From: Amoebophrya sp. A120
Taxonomy: Eukaryota; Protista; Dinoflagellata
NCBI GenBank assembly: GCA_905178155.1
Contig: CAJINV010000003.1
Coordinates: 8,333,738 to 8,397,737 of the forward strand
Direction: 5' to 3'
Length of the DNA: 64,000 nt
The position numbers and the translations under genes are program-made. The notes under the pieces were generated by a model. It did not search any database. It saw nothing but the letters and a program-made list of their open reading frames with translations, and was not told the DNA's origin. Every line of letters begins with the position of its first letter. The stretch's first letter is position 1. Shown in pieces: positions 48,738-60,180 of the stretch.

Positions 48738-51700
48738 GAAGCGAGATTCGAGGAGGTGGAGGAGGCGGTGACGCTGCAGCCAGGTCAAGACGTGGACGAC
48801 GTGAAGCTGATGCCTGAAGTGACATCGACGGTCGGACAACGGGGAAGGACCGAGATTTTCGGGTTAGGACCCCACGAACGTTGCGACTTTCCGGGTTTCG
48901 ACGGCGAAATCATGACCGAGCAGCGACGCCTAGAGCAGGCTGAGGAAGCCTGGGCCGAGTTTGTGGATGCAGGGGGGGCGCAAGAAATCCAGCAGCTGTG
49001 CGTCTCCAAGGCCGGCGCACCGGCGGCCAGTCCCGAGACCGAAAACGACAGAAATGACGAGGCGGCGACTACTGGTGTGCCTGTTCTCGGCGGGCCGGCA
49101 GCGCTTGCAGCGGCTGGTGTGGCCCAACTGGTACCTCACGACGCCGCGAACAAGGAGCAACCGCAAGCGTCCGACGAGAGCAAGCCTTTTGAGCCAACTG
49201 CCTCGGGCGTGGACGTGTCCTTGCCACCTTCTATGGCGTTCGAAGCCGGTCTGGAGGACGGAAGCGTTATGTTCATGAAGTCGGATAATATGGACAACTG
49301 GAAGATAAAACCGGACGACGAGGGGAAGAAGGACGACGGCTGGTGGATCGGCGGCGGTAAATGTGTCCTCGACAAAGCCGCTGCGGACCGCCTTGTGCGT
49401 GCGCAGATCGCGGCCCGGGAAGCCGAAACTCGAGACCGGGATGAACGCTTCGCTCTTTACAACGACGGGAACAAGCGAGACGGCGCCGCCCGTAGCCGAG
49501 GGCGAGGACGCGACAATAGCAGAAGCCGGAGGCGCGATCGGGAGCGAGACCGGGAGCAGCGCGACCGTGAGCGGGGGCGTGACCGAGGAGACCGGGACCG
49601 GGCGCCGGAACGGCGCGACGAAACCAGCAGGACAAGGGGGCGGGACCGGGATCGACGCGACCACCATGTTGACCAGAGGCGAGACCGCGATCGTGATCGC
49701 GCACCAGTCGGGGGTGGTCGTGACGACCCGGGAAGGCGCGACCGCGATCGGGACACGACCAAAAAGGCTTATGACGAGGCGACGAGCAAGCGTGGGACGG
49801 ACCGAGACCGAGACCGAAAGGGAGGTTACGACGACCGTGATCGTCGCGATCACAAAAAGGAGGACGAGGCGGCGAAGCGTGACCGGGACGACAGGTACGA
49901 CAGCGCGGAAAAACGAGATCGCGATGCAAAAGATATTTGGGCAAAGCATGACGATCATCGGGACCGGAAGAAAGAGAAACAAGACAACGAGGATTGGAAA
50001 AAGGAGAAGCGCGAGGGAGGTGGACGTCGATTCGAGGTGGAAGATGACCATGCGGACGCGAAGAACAAGAAGCGTGGTCGGGACCATGTCGACAATAGTG
50101 GCAACCACCGAAGCCGCTCCCGCGGAAAGAAAGACAAAGATGCTGTGAAACCTGCAGACAAGAGGGATAAAAAAGACGAGCACGACCTGCGTGGAGGGGA
50201 CCGAGACAAGTCAACAGGACGAAACAAGCGCGAAGCGAAAACACAAGACAAGGGGGACGAGAAGAAAAAACGTGCTTTTTCGATTCAAGTTTCTTCGGAA
50301 GAGGACGATCAGAACGCGCCATCCAGTAAAAATATTAAAAACACGGCCGGAAATACCAAGAAGACCACTGATGATAAAGGCGATCCTGCGACTGCGTCTG
50401 CTGGGAAAAAACGCACCCGGGATGAGACGGGTGACATCAATGCCAGTACGGCAGATGATGACAAGAACGATCGGCGCCGGGGGCGCGGCACGGATCGGGG
50501 CGGGAATAAAAAAGACCAGGAGCCGACGCCCGTTGGTCGTGGTGGGGGGCGGGGTGAGACAGATAACGACAAAGCCGCACCCCCGAGCAAGAAGACCTTC
50601 AGGAGCGCGACTTCCGCCAACGCAATTCCGCTCGGAGGTGGCACCGGAACCTCCGCTAACGCCATTCCGCTGGGTGGAGGCTCGGCAAAGCACGGCAACA
50701 AAAATAAAGAAAAGCTGAAGGGCACTTCTGCGAATGCCATTCCGCTTGGGTCCGGCGGCGCAAATAAGATTACATCCGATCTCGGTACAACTGGACGGGG
50801 TGGTCGAGACGACAAGAAGGTCCGCGGCAAAGTGGACCAGCACAACAAGGCAACTAGCCGGGAACGCGGGACCAAGGACCGCGATGCGGGAAAGCAAGCA
50901 CAGGGCCGGGAAGTAGGTCAGAGCGCGCGCGCAGCCAGCGGCCAACGGGGGAGGCGAGAAACAGAGCGCGATGACAAGCGCGTGAATGAAGGCAAAGCTC
51001 AGGCGGACAAATGGGCGAACGAGTGGAACAACCGGCGGTCCCCCGGAAGAGGAGACAAGAACAAGGACAAAGACGACCGTCGCCGCGACGATGATCCCAC
51101 CTATGGCGCCGCCTACAAGGGAAAAAAAGAGTCGGCGCCTTCGACCTACAACTACAAACAAGCGGCGGACCGCCAGCACGACAAGGAGCCGACCCGCAAG
51201 CGAGGCGAGTACAACGACAAAGGGCGGGGGCTACGAAGTGACGCGCTGCTGGACGATGACGACGATAATTACTATGGCGCCAAGATGAGGACGAGTGGGC
51301 AAGAGCGAGAGGAGCCGGACCGCCGGGGGCGGGACACCAAGGTGAAGGACGATGGTGCGGCCGGGCGTGAAAGAACCAAAAACAAGGATCTTGCGTACAA
51401 CAATGATTACAAGGACGATCGCGGGTACGACGCGAAAACCTCGACCCGTGGTCGTGATGGAGTGCGGCGAGATCATCGTGACCGGCAGGAGAAGCCCGAA
51501 GAACAAGAGAAAGATTCGCGCGACGGTGGTTGGCGCAAAAGTAAAAAGGAAGCCACAGCAGGAACAAGGGCTGCGGCTGCTTCTGATCGCAACACCACTG
51601 GCGGTCGTCGCGAAGGAGGTGGACGTCGGGGAGACGAAAGCCGCGGTCGCGAGCGCGCCAAGGTGGACAAAGGCAACGCAAAGAACAAGGCCACTGAAGA

Positions 51701-53819
51701 TGCGCAGCCAGCTTCTCGCGGACGAGAGCGAGACCGAGACGTCGTCGTTCGATCGTCTGTTGGTGCGTATGTACCAGCGGAGCAGCCATTTCGCTCCAGT
51801 CGTTCCTCCTCCATCCCCTCGGTGGTGCCGTCCGATATATCGGATCCCGCCCTGGACAAAGGGGAGCGAAGCGATCCGTCCCCGGCCCCCGTTTTGATTG
51901 TGGCCGCGGAAAGTAAGAACACGAAGGGGACCAGCAGGGTTATCGATTTGCAGCCCAACCCCCGGGCGAAGCAGATGCAAATCGCCGCCGCGGCGGAGCA
52001 GCGGGAGAAAACGAAAACGTCAAAAGACACGGCCACAGAAAATGAAAAAACGCTCGGCAAAAAGGAAAAGAAGAAAAAGCGTGACAAAGCGGAAAGTGAC
52101 GACAGTCTCGAGGAGGTGGTGCCTGCGTCGAAAAAAAAGAAGAAGGACAAAAAAGAAAAGAAGGACAAGAGTAAAAAGGACAAAATCGGTACCTTCGATC
52201 CCGACCTGCTCTTGGCAAGCGGCACAACACCAGCCAGGACCACGTCTCGTGTTTGTTGCAGCCGCGGCATAGAACAAGTTCATCAGCCCACGGGGAAGAC
52301 GAAGATGAAAAGCGACGAAGCTGCAGCCCGACCGGGAGCGCCATCGATCGAGAATGAGAATTGCACCGATCCGATCGGCACTTTCGACCCCGATTCTCTC
52401 ATGAACCCATTTGGCGGGCTGGACAGCAACATGCACGCAAACGACGACAGCGACGAAGAGCAGTTTTTCGGCATGAAGGGTGGCGGGAAGCCCTCCTTTC
52501 CCATGCCCGGAGGGCTGGACGAGGACAACTTCGGTGGGCCGGATATGGAGTTGCCGCAATTTTCGGATCCGTCACTGATGATGGGCGATCATGTGTCCTC
52601 TCAGCAGGTAAGCGATATGATGAATGGCAAAGGCGGTGGCGACGTGATGTTCTTTGGCGGGAAGGAAGGCGCGATCATGAGTAATCCTGGTGAAGACCCG
52701 TTTGCCCCCTCGTCATCTCCAGAGGTGGCGCCTGCTGCCGCACCCGGAGGTGATACCATGCCCCCGGCGTTGACCCCCACTTCCGCGAAGGCTGCCAGCA
52801 AATATGGCGGAGTGCCACCTCCGCCCTACAACGGGGTCGTGCCACCGGGCGGGAAGCCAGACAGCAAAAATGCCCTACCTTTCCCGGGCGGAAAAAACAA
52901 GATGATGACGCAACAGCAGCCGGGAGGCGTTCCTGGAATGATGGGACCTGCTGGTGGTCCAAATAACGCGAGCGGCGCGTTTGCACCGGGAATGATGATG
53001 AACAGCGGTAAGATGAAGGGCGGTGGAGCGGCGCCAGGATTTCCTCAGAACAATATGATGATGGGCAACAACAAGATGAACATGAACATGATGAAGAACG
53101 CGGGCGGTTACCAGCCTGGCTTCGACAATATCAAGAACAACACCTTCATCAACAAAAACAAAGGTGGGGGCAAGATGATGAAAAACAATTTTAATAATTA
53201 CAACCCGAACCTGATGATGAAGGGGCCCGCCATGAACAACAACAAGAATAATTTCATGAACAGCAGCAACTTTGCTGGGATGAACGCGATGAACAATATG
53301 GGGATGAACAGCACTAATGCGATGTTGAACATGAACCAGCAACCCATGATGGCCGGTGACACGAGCACGACGATGAACCCGGCCGCCTTCAACCCGATAA
53401 TTGCGCCTAAGAGCGCGAGCCGCGTCATGTTGGCTCCCCAGGCAAAAGCCAAAGCCGCATCCGCGGCCGTGCTCCCGAACAGTGCGTCCCCAAGTCCGGC
53501 TACCGGTCCGACCGGCGATCCCCCGGCTCCGGGAGGTGGACCAGCAGACGCCCTCGTTGACCTGAGCACTCCGCTGCCCCCCCTGGAAGCAGATCCCGCA
53601 TCAACGCCCGCGCAGTCACCATCGCCCGCGGAAAGCGCAGAGGTCGTGCACCAGGAGATGGTGGAAGGCTCCGCGTCGGGCGGAGCCGATGATAACTCGA
53701 CGGCAGAAGTCTTGGAGGAAGCGGCACCAAAGCCAGATGCAAATGGCAGTGGAGCGCCGCAACAGTATGCTGGCCCGCTCCCCTGTGACCACCTCCATCT
53801 CTCCTGTGCAAGTGCATAA
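48738..53819 (+). CDS. Very long exon encoding RD/RE/K-rich mixed-charge and M/N/G-rich low-complexity regions; possibly the C-terminal continuation of the oxygenase gene
   Basis: 1695-codon ORF; a phase-0 GT-AG intron 48268-48737 would join ESVK|EARFEE. Confidence 0.75.
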   Translation, partial: EARFEEVEEAVTLQPGQDVDDVKLMPEVTSTVGQRGRTEIFGLGPHERCDFPGFDGEIMTEQRRLEQAEEAWAEFVDAGGAQEIQQLCVSKAGAPAASPETENDRNDEAATTGVPVLGGPAALAAAGVAQLVPHDAANKEQPQASDESKPFEPTASGVDVSLPPSMAFEAGLEDGSVMFMKSDNMDNWKIKPDDEGKKDDGWWIGGGKCVLDKAAADRLVRAQIAAREAETRDRDERFALYNDGNKRDGAARSRGRGRDNSRSRRRDRERDREQRDRERGRDRGDRDRAPERRDETSRTRGRDRDRRDHHVDQRRDRDRDRAPVGGGRDDPGRRDRDRDTTKKAYDEATSKRGTDRDRDRKGGYDDRDRRDHKKEDEAAKRDRDDRYDSAEKRDRDAKDIWAKHDDHRDRKKEKQDNEDWKKEKREGGGRRFEVEDDHADAKNKKRGRDHVDNSGNHRSRSRGKKDKDAVKPADKRDKKDEHDLRGGDRDKSTGRNKREAKTQDKGDEKKKRAFSIQVSSEEDDQNAPSSKNIKNTAGNTKKTTDDKGDPATASAGKKRTRDETGDINASTADDDKNDRRRGRGTDRGGNKKDQEPTPVGRGGGRGETDNDKAAPPSKKTFRSATSANAIPLGGGTGTSANAIPLGGGSAKHGNKNKEKLKGTSANAIPLGSGGANKITSDLGTTGRGGRDDKKVRGKVDQHNKATSRERGTKDRDAGKQAQGREVGQSARAASGQRGRRETERDDKRVNEGKAQADKWANEWNNRRSPGRGDKNKDKDDRRRDDDPTYGAAYKGKKESAPSTYNYKQAADRQHDKEPTRKRGEYNDKGRGLRSDALLDDDDDNYYGAKMRTSGQEREEPDRRGRDTKVKDDGAAGRERTKNKDLAYNNDYKDDRGYDAKTSTRGRDGVRRDHRDRQEKPEEQEKDSRDGGWRKSKKEATAGTRAAAASDRNTTGGRREGGGRRGDESRGRERAKVDKGNAKNKATEDAQPASRGRERDRDVVVRSSVGAYVPAEQPFRSSRSSSIPSVVPSDISDPALDKGERSDPSPAPVLIVAAESKNTKGTSRVIDLQPNPRAKQMQIAAAAEQREKTKTSKDTATENEKTLGKKEKKKKRDKAESDDSLEEVVPASKKKKKDKKEKKDKSKKDKIGTFDPDLLLASGTTPARTTSRVCCSRGIEQVHQPTGKTKMKSDEAAARPGAPSIENENCTDPIGTFDPDSLMNPFGGLDSNMHANDDSDEEQFFGMKGGGKPSFPMPGGLDEDNFGGPDMELPQFSDPSLMMGDHVSSQQVSDMMNGKGGGDVMFFGGKEGAIMSNPGEDPFAPSSSPEVAPAAAPGGDTMPPALTPTSAKAASKYGGVPPPPYNGVVPPGGKPDSKNALPFPGGKNKMMTQQQPGGVPGMMGPAGGPNNASGAFAPGMMMNSGKMKGGGAAPGFPQNNMMMGNNKMNMNMMKNAGGYQPGFDNIKNNTFINKNKGGGKMMKNNFNNYNPNLMMKGPAMNNNKNNFMNSSNFAGMNAMNNMGMNSTNAMLNMNQQPMMAGDTSTTMNPAAFNPIIAPKSASRVMLAPQAKAKAASAAVLPNSASPSPATGPTGDPPAPGGGPADALVDLSTPLPPLEADPASTPAQSPSPAESAEVVHQEMVEGSASGGADDNSTAEVLEEAAPKPDANGSGAPQQYAGPLPCDHLHLSCASA

Positions 53820-54226
53820 GTATGCATTTATACAGAATTATCCGATGGTGCTCGTAGTGGTAGTTGTGTATGATTATGTGTGATGGCAAAACCAAAATCA
53901 AAATGTGTTTTGTATTTGTTGCTGTTTGCAGTACTTGATGGTCACCAGTTGCATTTTCGGCGAGTTGAGCACGAACAGCAACAGACACAGATGTAGAAGG
54001 CAATAATAATGAAGTTCGGTGCTGCAGTATGATTTTATTGATTTAGCAGGTTGAATTGATCATCATCTGCTAGCCTTGTTATGCTATTAGTATGTGAATG
54101 ATCGTGCTTCTACTTGTGCATTCTGGTAGTAGCTAGTTGTTCTGGTTAACCGTAGTTTGAGCTCATGGCGGTGGTCGCATCTGAGGGGGCCATATTAGAG
54201 AAGACAGCGCCGAAGAACCCCAGGCG

Positions 54227-56061
54227 TTGGACGAAGCGGGAACAAAGCAGGAGGCCGTGTTCGGGAGTACCTCCCCGGTTGACGTCGCGGACGCCCCCGC
54301 CGGAGGGGACTCCTCCGCTCCAGCGCTAACGGATGATCTTGTCACGGATGAGAACGGTCGTGGGGGGCAACAGGCAACTGCGTCTGCGTCGGCTGCTGCT
54401 TCTTCGTCAGCTCCTTCCGCTCCGGCTCCGGTGCAGCCAGGGCCGGTCCCGGCTGCCATTTCAAAGGCGACGCCACCTCCGGCGTCATTTGCAAAGTCCG
54501 CTTCAGTCGGAAAGAGCAGCGCGCCTGTCCTGCTCGCTGCGCCTCCCGCCCTGAAAAAGTCAGCACCAGTATCCAAAGGAAACACCTAACTCTTCACTCA
54601 ATCACGATCTTCCAACGGCAACGACTATTTAAGTACTACTTTAGCACTTACAATTCCTGTTAACAGTATGTAGAAAGCTTTGCATCTCCTGCTAGCGAAT
54701 CAATTGTCATGTATGTGTACTATCGAGGTGGGAGCGAAGCTCAGTGACTTCTGCAAGTTCTCTCGTCCACATCCACAAAGCCATTGAAGGATTCAAGTTT
54801 AGCCAAAGTTGAGCATTGAAGATAAAAATGTTTCTCCGGCGCGTGTTTCGCGGCTATTCAAATCTATCACAGTGGCGTGACCATCTTGGCTGCCTGTATC
54901 TGCAGACCACTTGATGTTGCGTGTGGTTGATAACTACTCTGGCAAAAACTTTTGCATGAATGAAGAGAATTGAATAATAGCCACGAACTAGTACGCGACT
55001 GGAACGAAGATCAATGTTGTTGGGAGTTGTCGTGATGTCCGTTCTTTCCTCTTGATAGTTCCCCGCTGTAGCGACTACGACGACACCCACAGCAGCGGCC
55101 GCCGCCGCGACCCCCGCAGGAGAAGAGGGCTTTTCCCCCCCAGGGAGGACGTCCGTACCCGCAAAGGCCGCGTCTCCAGGTGTGGGCGTCAGCGGCAGCG
55201 CAACGATGGCGACTACTGGTGCTGTCCTAGTCCCTGCAACGTCGAAGGCCCGTCCGGGTACTGCGGCGACCCCGGGAGGTGCCGGTGCCGCGACCTCAAG
55301 GGGGGTGGAGATGACCGCACAGCAAGACCAGACGCCTGCTGCCGGAGATGAAGGAGGTCCACAATTAGCGAACAACAACGTCGTAACCGACACTGGCTCG
55401 TCCACAGCAGCTGCACTCGTCGTGGTGCAGGAGGGAGAGACGAGACGCGTCATTCGTACTATCCGCAAACGCGTGCAACGCTGGGAAAAAGAGGATCTAT
55501 CCACTGCAAAAGTATCGCACTTCTCCGTCGTGTAAAAAAACAGTCTAGCATTGCATACCTGAATCTGCAGGACAAATTCCATTTTTCTATTTGGAAAAAT
55601 TTGCAAAAATGCGACTAGTGCGATACTTTTGCGATGCATAAAATCCAGCTTTTCGCGATTTTCGCGAGAAAAGGATCCAGGAATTCGAAGCGGTTTATCG
55701 CCAAAAAATCCAGCTTATCCTGTGTAAAAGCGTCCCCACCCCAAACATGTCGTGCAAATCTGAAAGCCTCAAACATTTCTCACGCATAGCCCCATGAGGA
55801 CCATTCTAATGCGGTCATCTGGCAGGTTGTCGTGGTAAAATAAATCAGCATGAAATGATCGATCTGTGATGTGTTTCAGTTTCAGTTTCGATAAGGATTG
55901 CACTCCGACCCCAACAAGTTTGTCTGTTCAGCCGCGCAGTTTGTTTACTTATGTCATGCGCAGCACACGTATCTTGTTCGTTTGTCTAGCAAAATGCCCA
56001 CCATCTGGACTCTGGAGTGGGGATGTTTTTACTCTTGATACAGTTCGGCCAGGAACTCTGA
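54227..56061 (+). CDS. Terminal exons of an A/P/T-rich protein ending ...WEKED|PAFRDFREKRIQEFEAVYRQKIQ|(L/F)GQEL*
   Basis: ORFs 54227 and 55182 plus two in-frame joins across inserts 55498-55640 and 55716-56040; TGA at 56059-56061. Confidence 0.55.
55498..55640. mobile_element. Introner-like non-canonical intron, family B
   Basis: TATCCACTGCAAAAGTATCGCACT / AGTGCGATACTTTTGCGATGCATA; flanks GGATC / AAATC. Confidence 0.85.
55716..56040. mobile_element. Introner-like non-canonical intron
   Basis: TATCCTGTGTAAAAGCGTCCCCAC / GTGGGGATGTTTTTACTCTTGATA; flanks CAGCT / CAGTT. Confidence 0.85.
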
Positions 56062-57051
56062 AGAGATTCTCTGGAAGGGGCGCGTAGATGAAAGCACCAC
56101 TTCCTTCTGAATCAAATTTCACGATACCTTCGCGTTCGCCTTCGTTAACGTTGGGATTTTGCTGTTGCAGAAGCTAGATGAGGCAGACTACGACTCACGC
56201 ACCATCCAACTCTAAAACTGACGTCAGTAAGAGGTCGAGAAAATGCTGTTCTTCTACTAGAAGATTCAGTATCTATAGTTCTTTGTTTTATGGTACGGAG
56301 ACCGAGACGGACGACTACCACTACGGACTCGGAGTAGCAGTAGTACGAATTGTATGGAAGTTGACGTGGTGGTGGTGGTCCCCTTTTATTATGGCGCGAC
56401 CGCGACGCGCAGCAGCGCACGACCAATCCGATTACGGGTTTGGAACTTTTGAAAAAAGCAGTTGCAGTGCTGGACACGAGGTTCGCGACTAGAAGACCTA
56501 CAACTGGTGCGAACAATCAAAGTTGTTAGACTACACGCTGGCTTCCAAGTTTCATCTTTCGCCGAGTGTTTGATCAGTCTGATACACAACAGTATGGATC
56601 AATACACTCATCATTGTACTACATGTACTTAGACGTCGTAGCCCACTATGAAGGACTGTGGATTCGTGGAAAAATTTGCAGCACCTGCTAGGATATGTGT
56701 TCTGTTTCTGTTTCATCAAGGATCATTTCGCCCAGCTCAACAAGAAGAGTATGTACACGTCATGCATTCTGATCTGTGGTTCATCGATTCGTGGTAACTA
56801 TGCTCTTGATTTTGAGATCTTCGAAACGCGCAGCCTTCTCTGTCTTGTCGCTGTTCAAAAAGACTCGGTCGATGCTACTTACTTGCGTTGACTATGGACA
56901 GTTGAAGTAACAACAAGCATGAAGAAGATCAAGTTCAAGAGCATGCCCTGGCCCATTCAGCAAGGACAGCGAAGGCGAAATGTGAGCTGAGCTGCAAACT
57001 AAACATTGCTATAGATCTACTAGAGCCGGCAGCCACTGCGAATAAAGTTGC

Positions 57052-60000
57052 ATGATGTTGTCTGGCTGTGGGCGCGCGCGCGGGGGCATCCCCAGTGGCC
57101 GCAGCTACTTCCACTTCGTTTATCAAGAGCCTCAATTCGTTTGTATTCTCTTTGCCTTGATATTGTGGGCGTGTGTCACTGCACTGGCCATTTTCTTTTT
57201 TACAACATGCGTGATTTCATCACAACAGCCACCCAAAGACGAACGGGATTCGGCTTCATCTGCAGTAATTATAAGCCCAGCAGGACGAGCCGGAGCGGCA
57301 CAGATGAACTCAGCATGTGCGAGGAATAAAACAAAGGACCTCGACGATTTCGGTGGCCCTTCATGTCGCACCGAGAGTCACGAAGTTGATGCACGTGCCA
57401 TGGCGAACGCGAAGATGGAGGCCGCTACTCTCAAGAACGCGGGCGCGCACTGGGAAAAGCATTTTCAGGCCCAAAGGCACAAACAACCAGAGCCAGGGAC
57501 AAAATTGGTGCCCTTTTCCAGCATCGTGGAAAAAAGGACCGCCACTCAAAGCTTACTATCTCCAATAATTGTTCGAGACGATGCTGCCGTACTATCGAAC
57601 GAAGCGAGGTACCACGTTACTTTTTGCGAGATTTACGCTGCTCTTTTGGCAGTTCTCACCCCTGACGCGGTGCACCAAACGATGACTGATCGTGCTCTGG
57701 CGAGAGCAAACGAGGATTGCCAGAGCAGCAAGAAGACACTTGGTCGGCAGAAAAGGCCAAACCATCCCAGTCTCGGAAATTACACTGTCACTGTCTCCAA
57801 TGCAAATCGTCAAGAGGCCCAAGACGGACACGACAGTACCAGCGTCAGACCCGCATCATATGCAAAGAGTGAAGATATTACGACCAAATCGATGGACCAC
57901 ATCGGGCGCATTTTGAGAAACTCGCTCTCTGTTGGTGTTGTTAATAACCATGCCGACTTGCAGTGCCGGAAGACGACTACAGGCGCTCCGTTTCGGAGAA
58001 CAACCAGCGTTGAGGAAGTCAACCGCTATACATCCAACTCTTGGTGTGTAGCAGTGTGGAAGCATATACTGTTCTTGCAGGACCACGCACGTCTGAAATT
58101 CTATCAGAAGGCATTACAAGACCGTTCATATTGCGGACCGCAGGTTACACGAGAGAACCAGAAAGATTATGAGCTGCAAGAAGGGCAAGATGCCGCTTCA
58201 GCGAACGACATACTTGGCGCGACACCGACACCAACAGGCCCCTTGAAACAAAAAAAAACGCATAGGCAGGGGTGCCAGATTTTGGACCTCGGATCGGGCA
58301 GCGGCATACTAGCCATCCTTGCGGCCAAGCAATACCCCAATGCCGACGTGGTAGCGGTAGAAGGAAATCCAGAGATAGCTGTGATTGCTCAGCAAGCGTT
58401 CTTCGATTTTGGGGTGAGCGCAAGAATTGCACTGGTAGCGCGACCGACTTGGCAAATAGCCCGCGAAGAAATGCAAGCGGCTCTGGATAGTATCGGAAGC
58501 AGCACCGCTTCCGCTCATTCGGAAGGGCAACTTCAGAGACGACGACCCGACGCAATAGACAATGGTGCCCTCCCGGCGGCAGGCTCATCTAGTGTGATAC
58601 TTTCACGACAACTCGTCAGGAGGGCTGAGGACCAAAAAGTGAGGCAAGAAAACGATGACGGGTTTCAGCAGCCACTCTTTGACCTGCTGGTCACGGAGAC
58701 CTTTGGCTCGCTACTCCTGGGCGAATACGCTGATCTGTCGATTGCAGATGCAGTTCGTCGCTTCGGGGCGCACGCTGTGCTGCCTGAAAACGGCCGCCAG
58801 TACATGCAACTTGTTACGTTTTCATCTGCTCGGCAAGAACAAGAAGACGAACGGACGACACGGAAACGCCCTGGCAGCACTTCTGAAAGGGACGAGAACC
58901 AACCGACCTCACCTCGACCTCGCGCCGGTGGCAAAGACGAAAACACGCCTTCACGGCCATCAAGGGGCCTCATCTTTGGAGACGACCGGCGAGAGGCAGC
59001 AGGGCAGGCCAAAACAACAAGTGAAGCAGCTGCTGCAACAAGAACAATCACTCAGTTGCCTCCATCCACCCGGTCGTTCCTGGGGCCGCGCAGAACAAGC
59101 CTTGTCCGCGACTTGGGGATGCTAGGTTCTTCTCGTTCTCCTCTACAGGCAACATCAGCGTTATCGTCGAGTGCGTACCTGGACGGAAGAAGTACAAGTA
59201 GCAGTATGAAAATTCCGTCATGCCTTCGTGATGAGGCTTTTCCTGCTCGGGCAGCGCGTCTTGATGCTGCCCGACGAGCGTCTTTTACTCCTGGCACACG
59301 ACGCCACGTACCCGCTTCCGAACTAAAGCCCTTAAGCAGCCTAGTTCATGACCTTCACCCATCCTTGATGCCGTCTCTCTTCCAAGGCGCGGTCATCGGC
59401 AGAAGAAGGTCGCCAGGAAATAAGTTGGCAAGTCGTTCGAAGATGAAAGACGAGGATGAGAACGTCATCTCGGCACGAGAAGTAGTACTAAAAGAGCCGC
59501 CGGCAAGAGCGTTTGCCAGCGCCGATAGGGGTACAGAAGCAGGGAGCAGCGATGAATTCTTGTCCGCTCCTTTTGAATTTTTATCCGCCAGGACTCTGGG
59601 TCTCCACTTGGATTTCTCCATGCGCACGGGCGGCGGGTCTCGAAAAATCATGCAAGCTGACATTCTTGTTGCTGGAGATGGTCCAGCTGGCGCTGAGGTC
59701 GTAAGACAGCAGACACTCGATGCCATTATCCTGGATTGGGCCATCTGTCGAGATGATATCAAAAATCAGCTGCCTGATCGTCGTGGTCGTGTTCTTGTTC
59801 AAGAACAACCACACAGCAAGAAGGTCGACCCAGAGCCAGACCCGGCAACGGGAACGCGGGTCACAAACGATCATGACGCCGGCGCCTACAAAGTCTATTC
59901 GACTTCTTCCTGCTTAGACAATCAGTCGATATTCACACCACGCATTTATTCATCATCCGTCGAAACCCCGCATAACCGGGGCAACAGCACCTCCCAGATG

Positions 60001-60180
60001 AACAAGGAGGCGCATGGAGTTTTTAAGGCAAACACGTTCAACGCGGTCAGGGAGCTGGTATGGACGCCCTTGGTGGTGCGATTTGTCACGCCCATAGCTG
60101 TGGCTCCGGGGGAGACTCTCCGCGTCAACATCGACGCGCACACTGGCGAACTATTGCGCCTCTGCTCGGCGGCAGTGTAG
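57052..60180 (+). CDS. PRMT-like SAM-dependent methyltransferase with an N-terminal transmembrane segment; apparently intronless
   Basis: HILFLQDHARLKFYQKAL; motif I ILDLGSGSGILAILAA; VVAVEGNP; double-E loop DLLVTETFGSLLLGE; TM segment FVCILFALILWACVTALAIFFFT. Confidence 0.82.
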   Translation: MMLSGCGRARGGIPSGRSYFHFVYQEPQFVCILFALILWACVTALAIFFFTTCVISSQQPPKDERDSASSAVIISPAGRAGAAQMNSACARNKTKDLDDFGGPSCRTESHEVDARAMANAKMEAATLKNAGAHWEKHFQAQRHKQPEPGTKLVPFSSIVEKRTATQSLLSPIIVRDDAAVLSNEARYHVTFCEIYAALLAVLTPDAVHQTMTDRALARANEDCQSSKKTLGRQKRPNHPSLGNYTVTVSNANRQEAQDGHDSTSVRPASYAKSEDITTKSMDHIGRILRNSLSVGVVNNHADLQCRKTTTGAPFRRTTSVEEVNRYTSNSWCVAVWKHILFLQDHARLKFYQKALQDRSYCGPQVTRENQKDYELQEGQDAASANDILGATPTPTGPLKQKKTHRQGCQILDLGSGSGILAILAAKQYPNADVVAVEGNPEIAVIAQQAFFDFGVSARIALVARPTWQIAREEMQAALDSIGSSTASAHSEGQLQRRRPDAIDNGALPAAGSSSVILSRQLVRRAEDQKVRQENDDGFQQPLFDLLVTETFGSLLLGEYADLSIADAVRRFGAHAVLPENGRQYMQLVTFSSARQEQEDERTTRKRPGSTSERDENQPTSPRPRAGGKDENTPSRPSRGLIFGDDRREAAGQAKTTSEAAAATRTITQLPPSTRSFLGPRRTSLVRDLGMLGSSRSPLQATSALSSSAYLDGRSTSSSMKIPSCLRDEAFPARAARLDAARRASFTPGTRRHVPASELKPLSSLVHDLHPSLMPSLFQGAVIGRRRSPGNKLASRSKMKDEDENVISAREVVLKEPPARAFASADRGTEAGSSDEFLSAPFEFLSARTLGLHLDFSMRTGGGSRKIMQADILVAGDGPAGAEVVRQQTLDAIILDWAICRDDIKNQLPDRRGRVLVQEQPHSKKVDPEPDPATGTRVTNDHDAGAYKVYSTSSCLDNQSIFTPRIYSSSVETPHNRGNSTSQMNKEAHGVFKANTFNAVRELVWTPLVVRFVTPIAVAPGETLRVNIDAHTGELLRLCSAAV

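Noticed and set aside
48930-53827. Long minus-strand ORFs opposite large exons
   Set aside because: Antisense shadows of low-complexity, GC-rich coding sequence.
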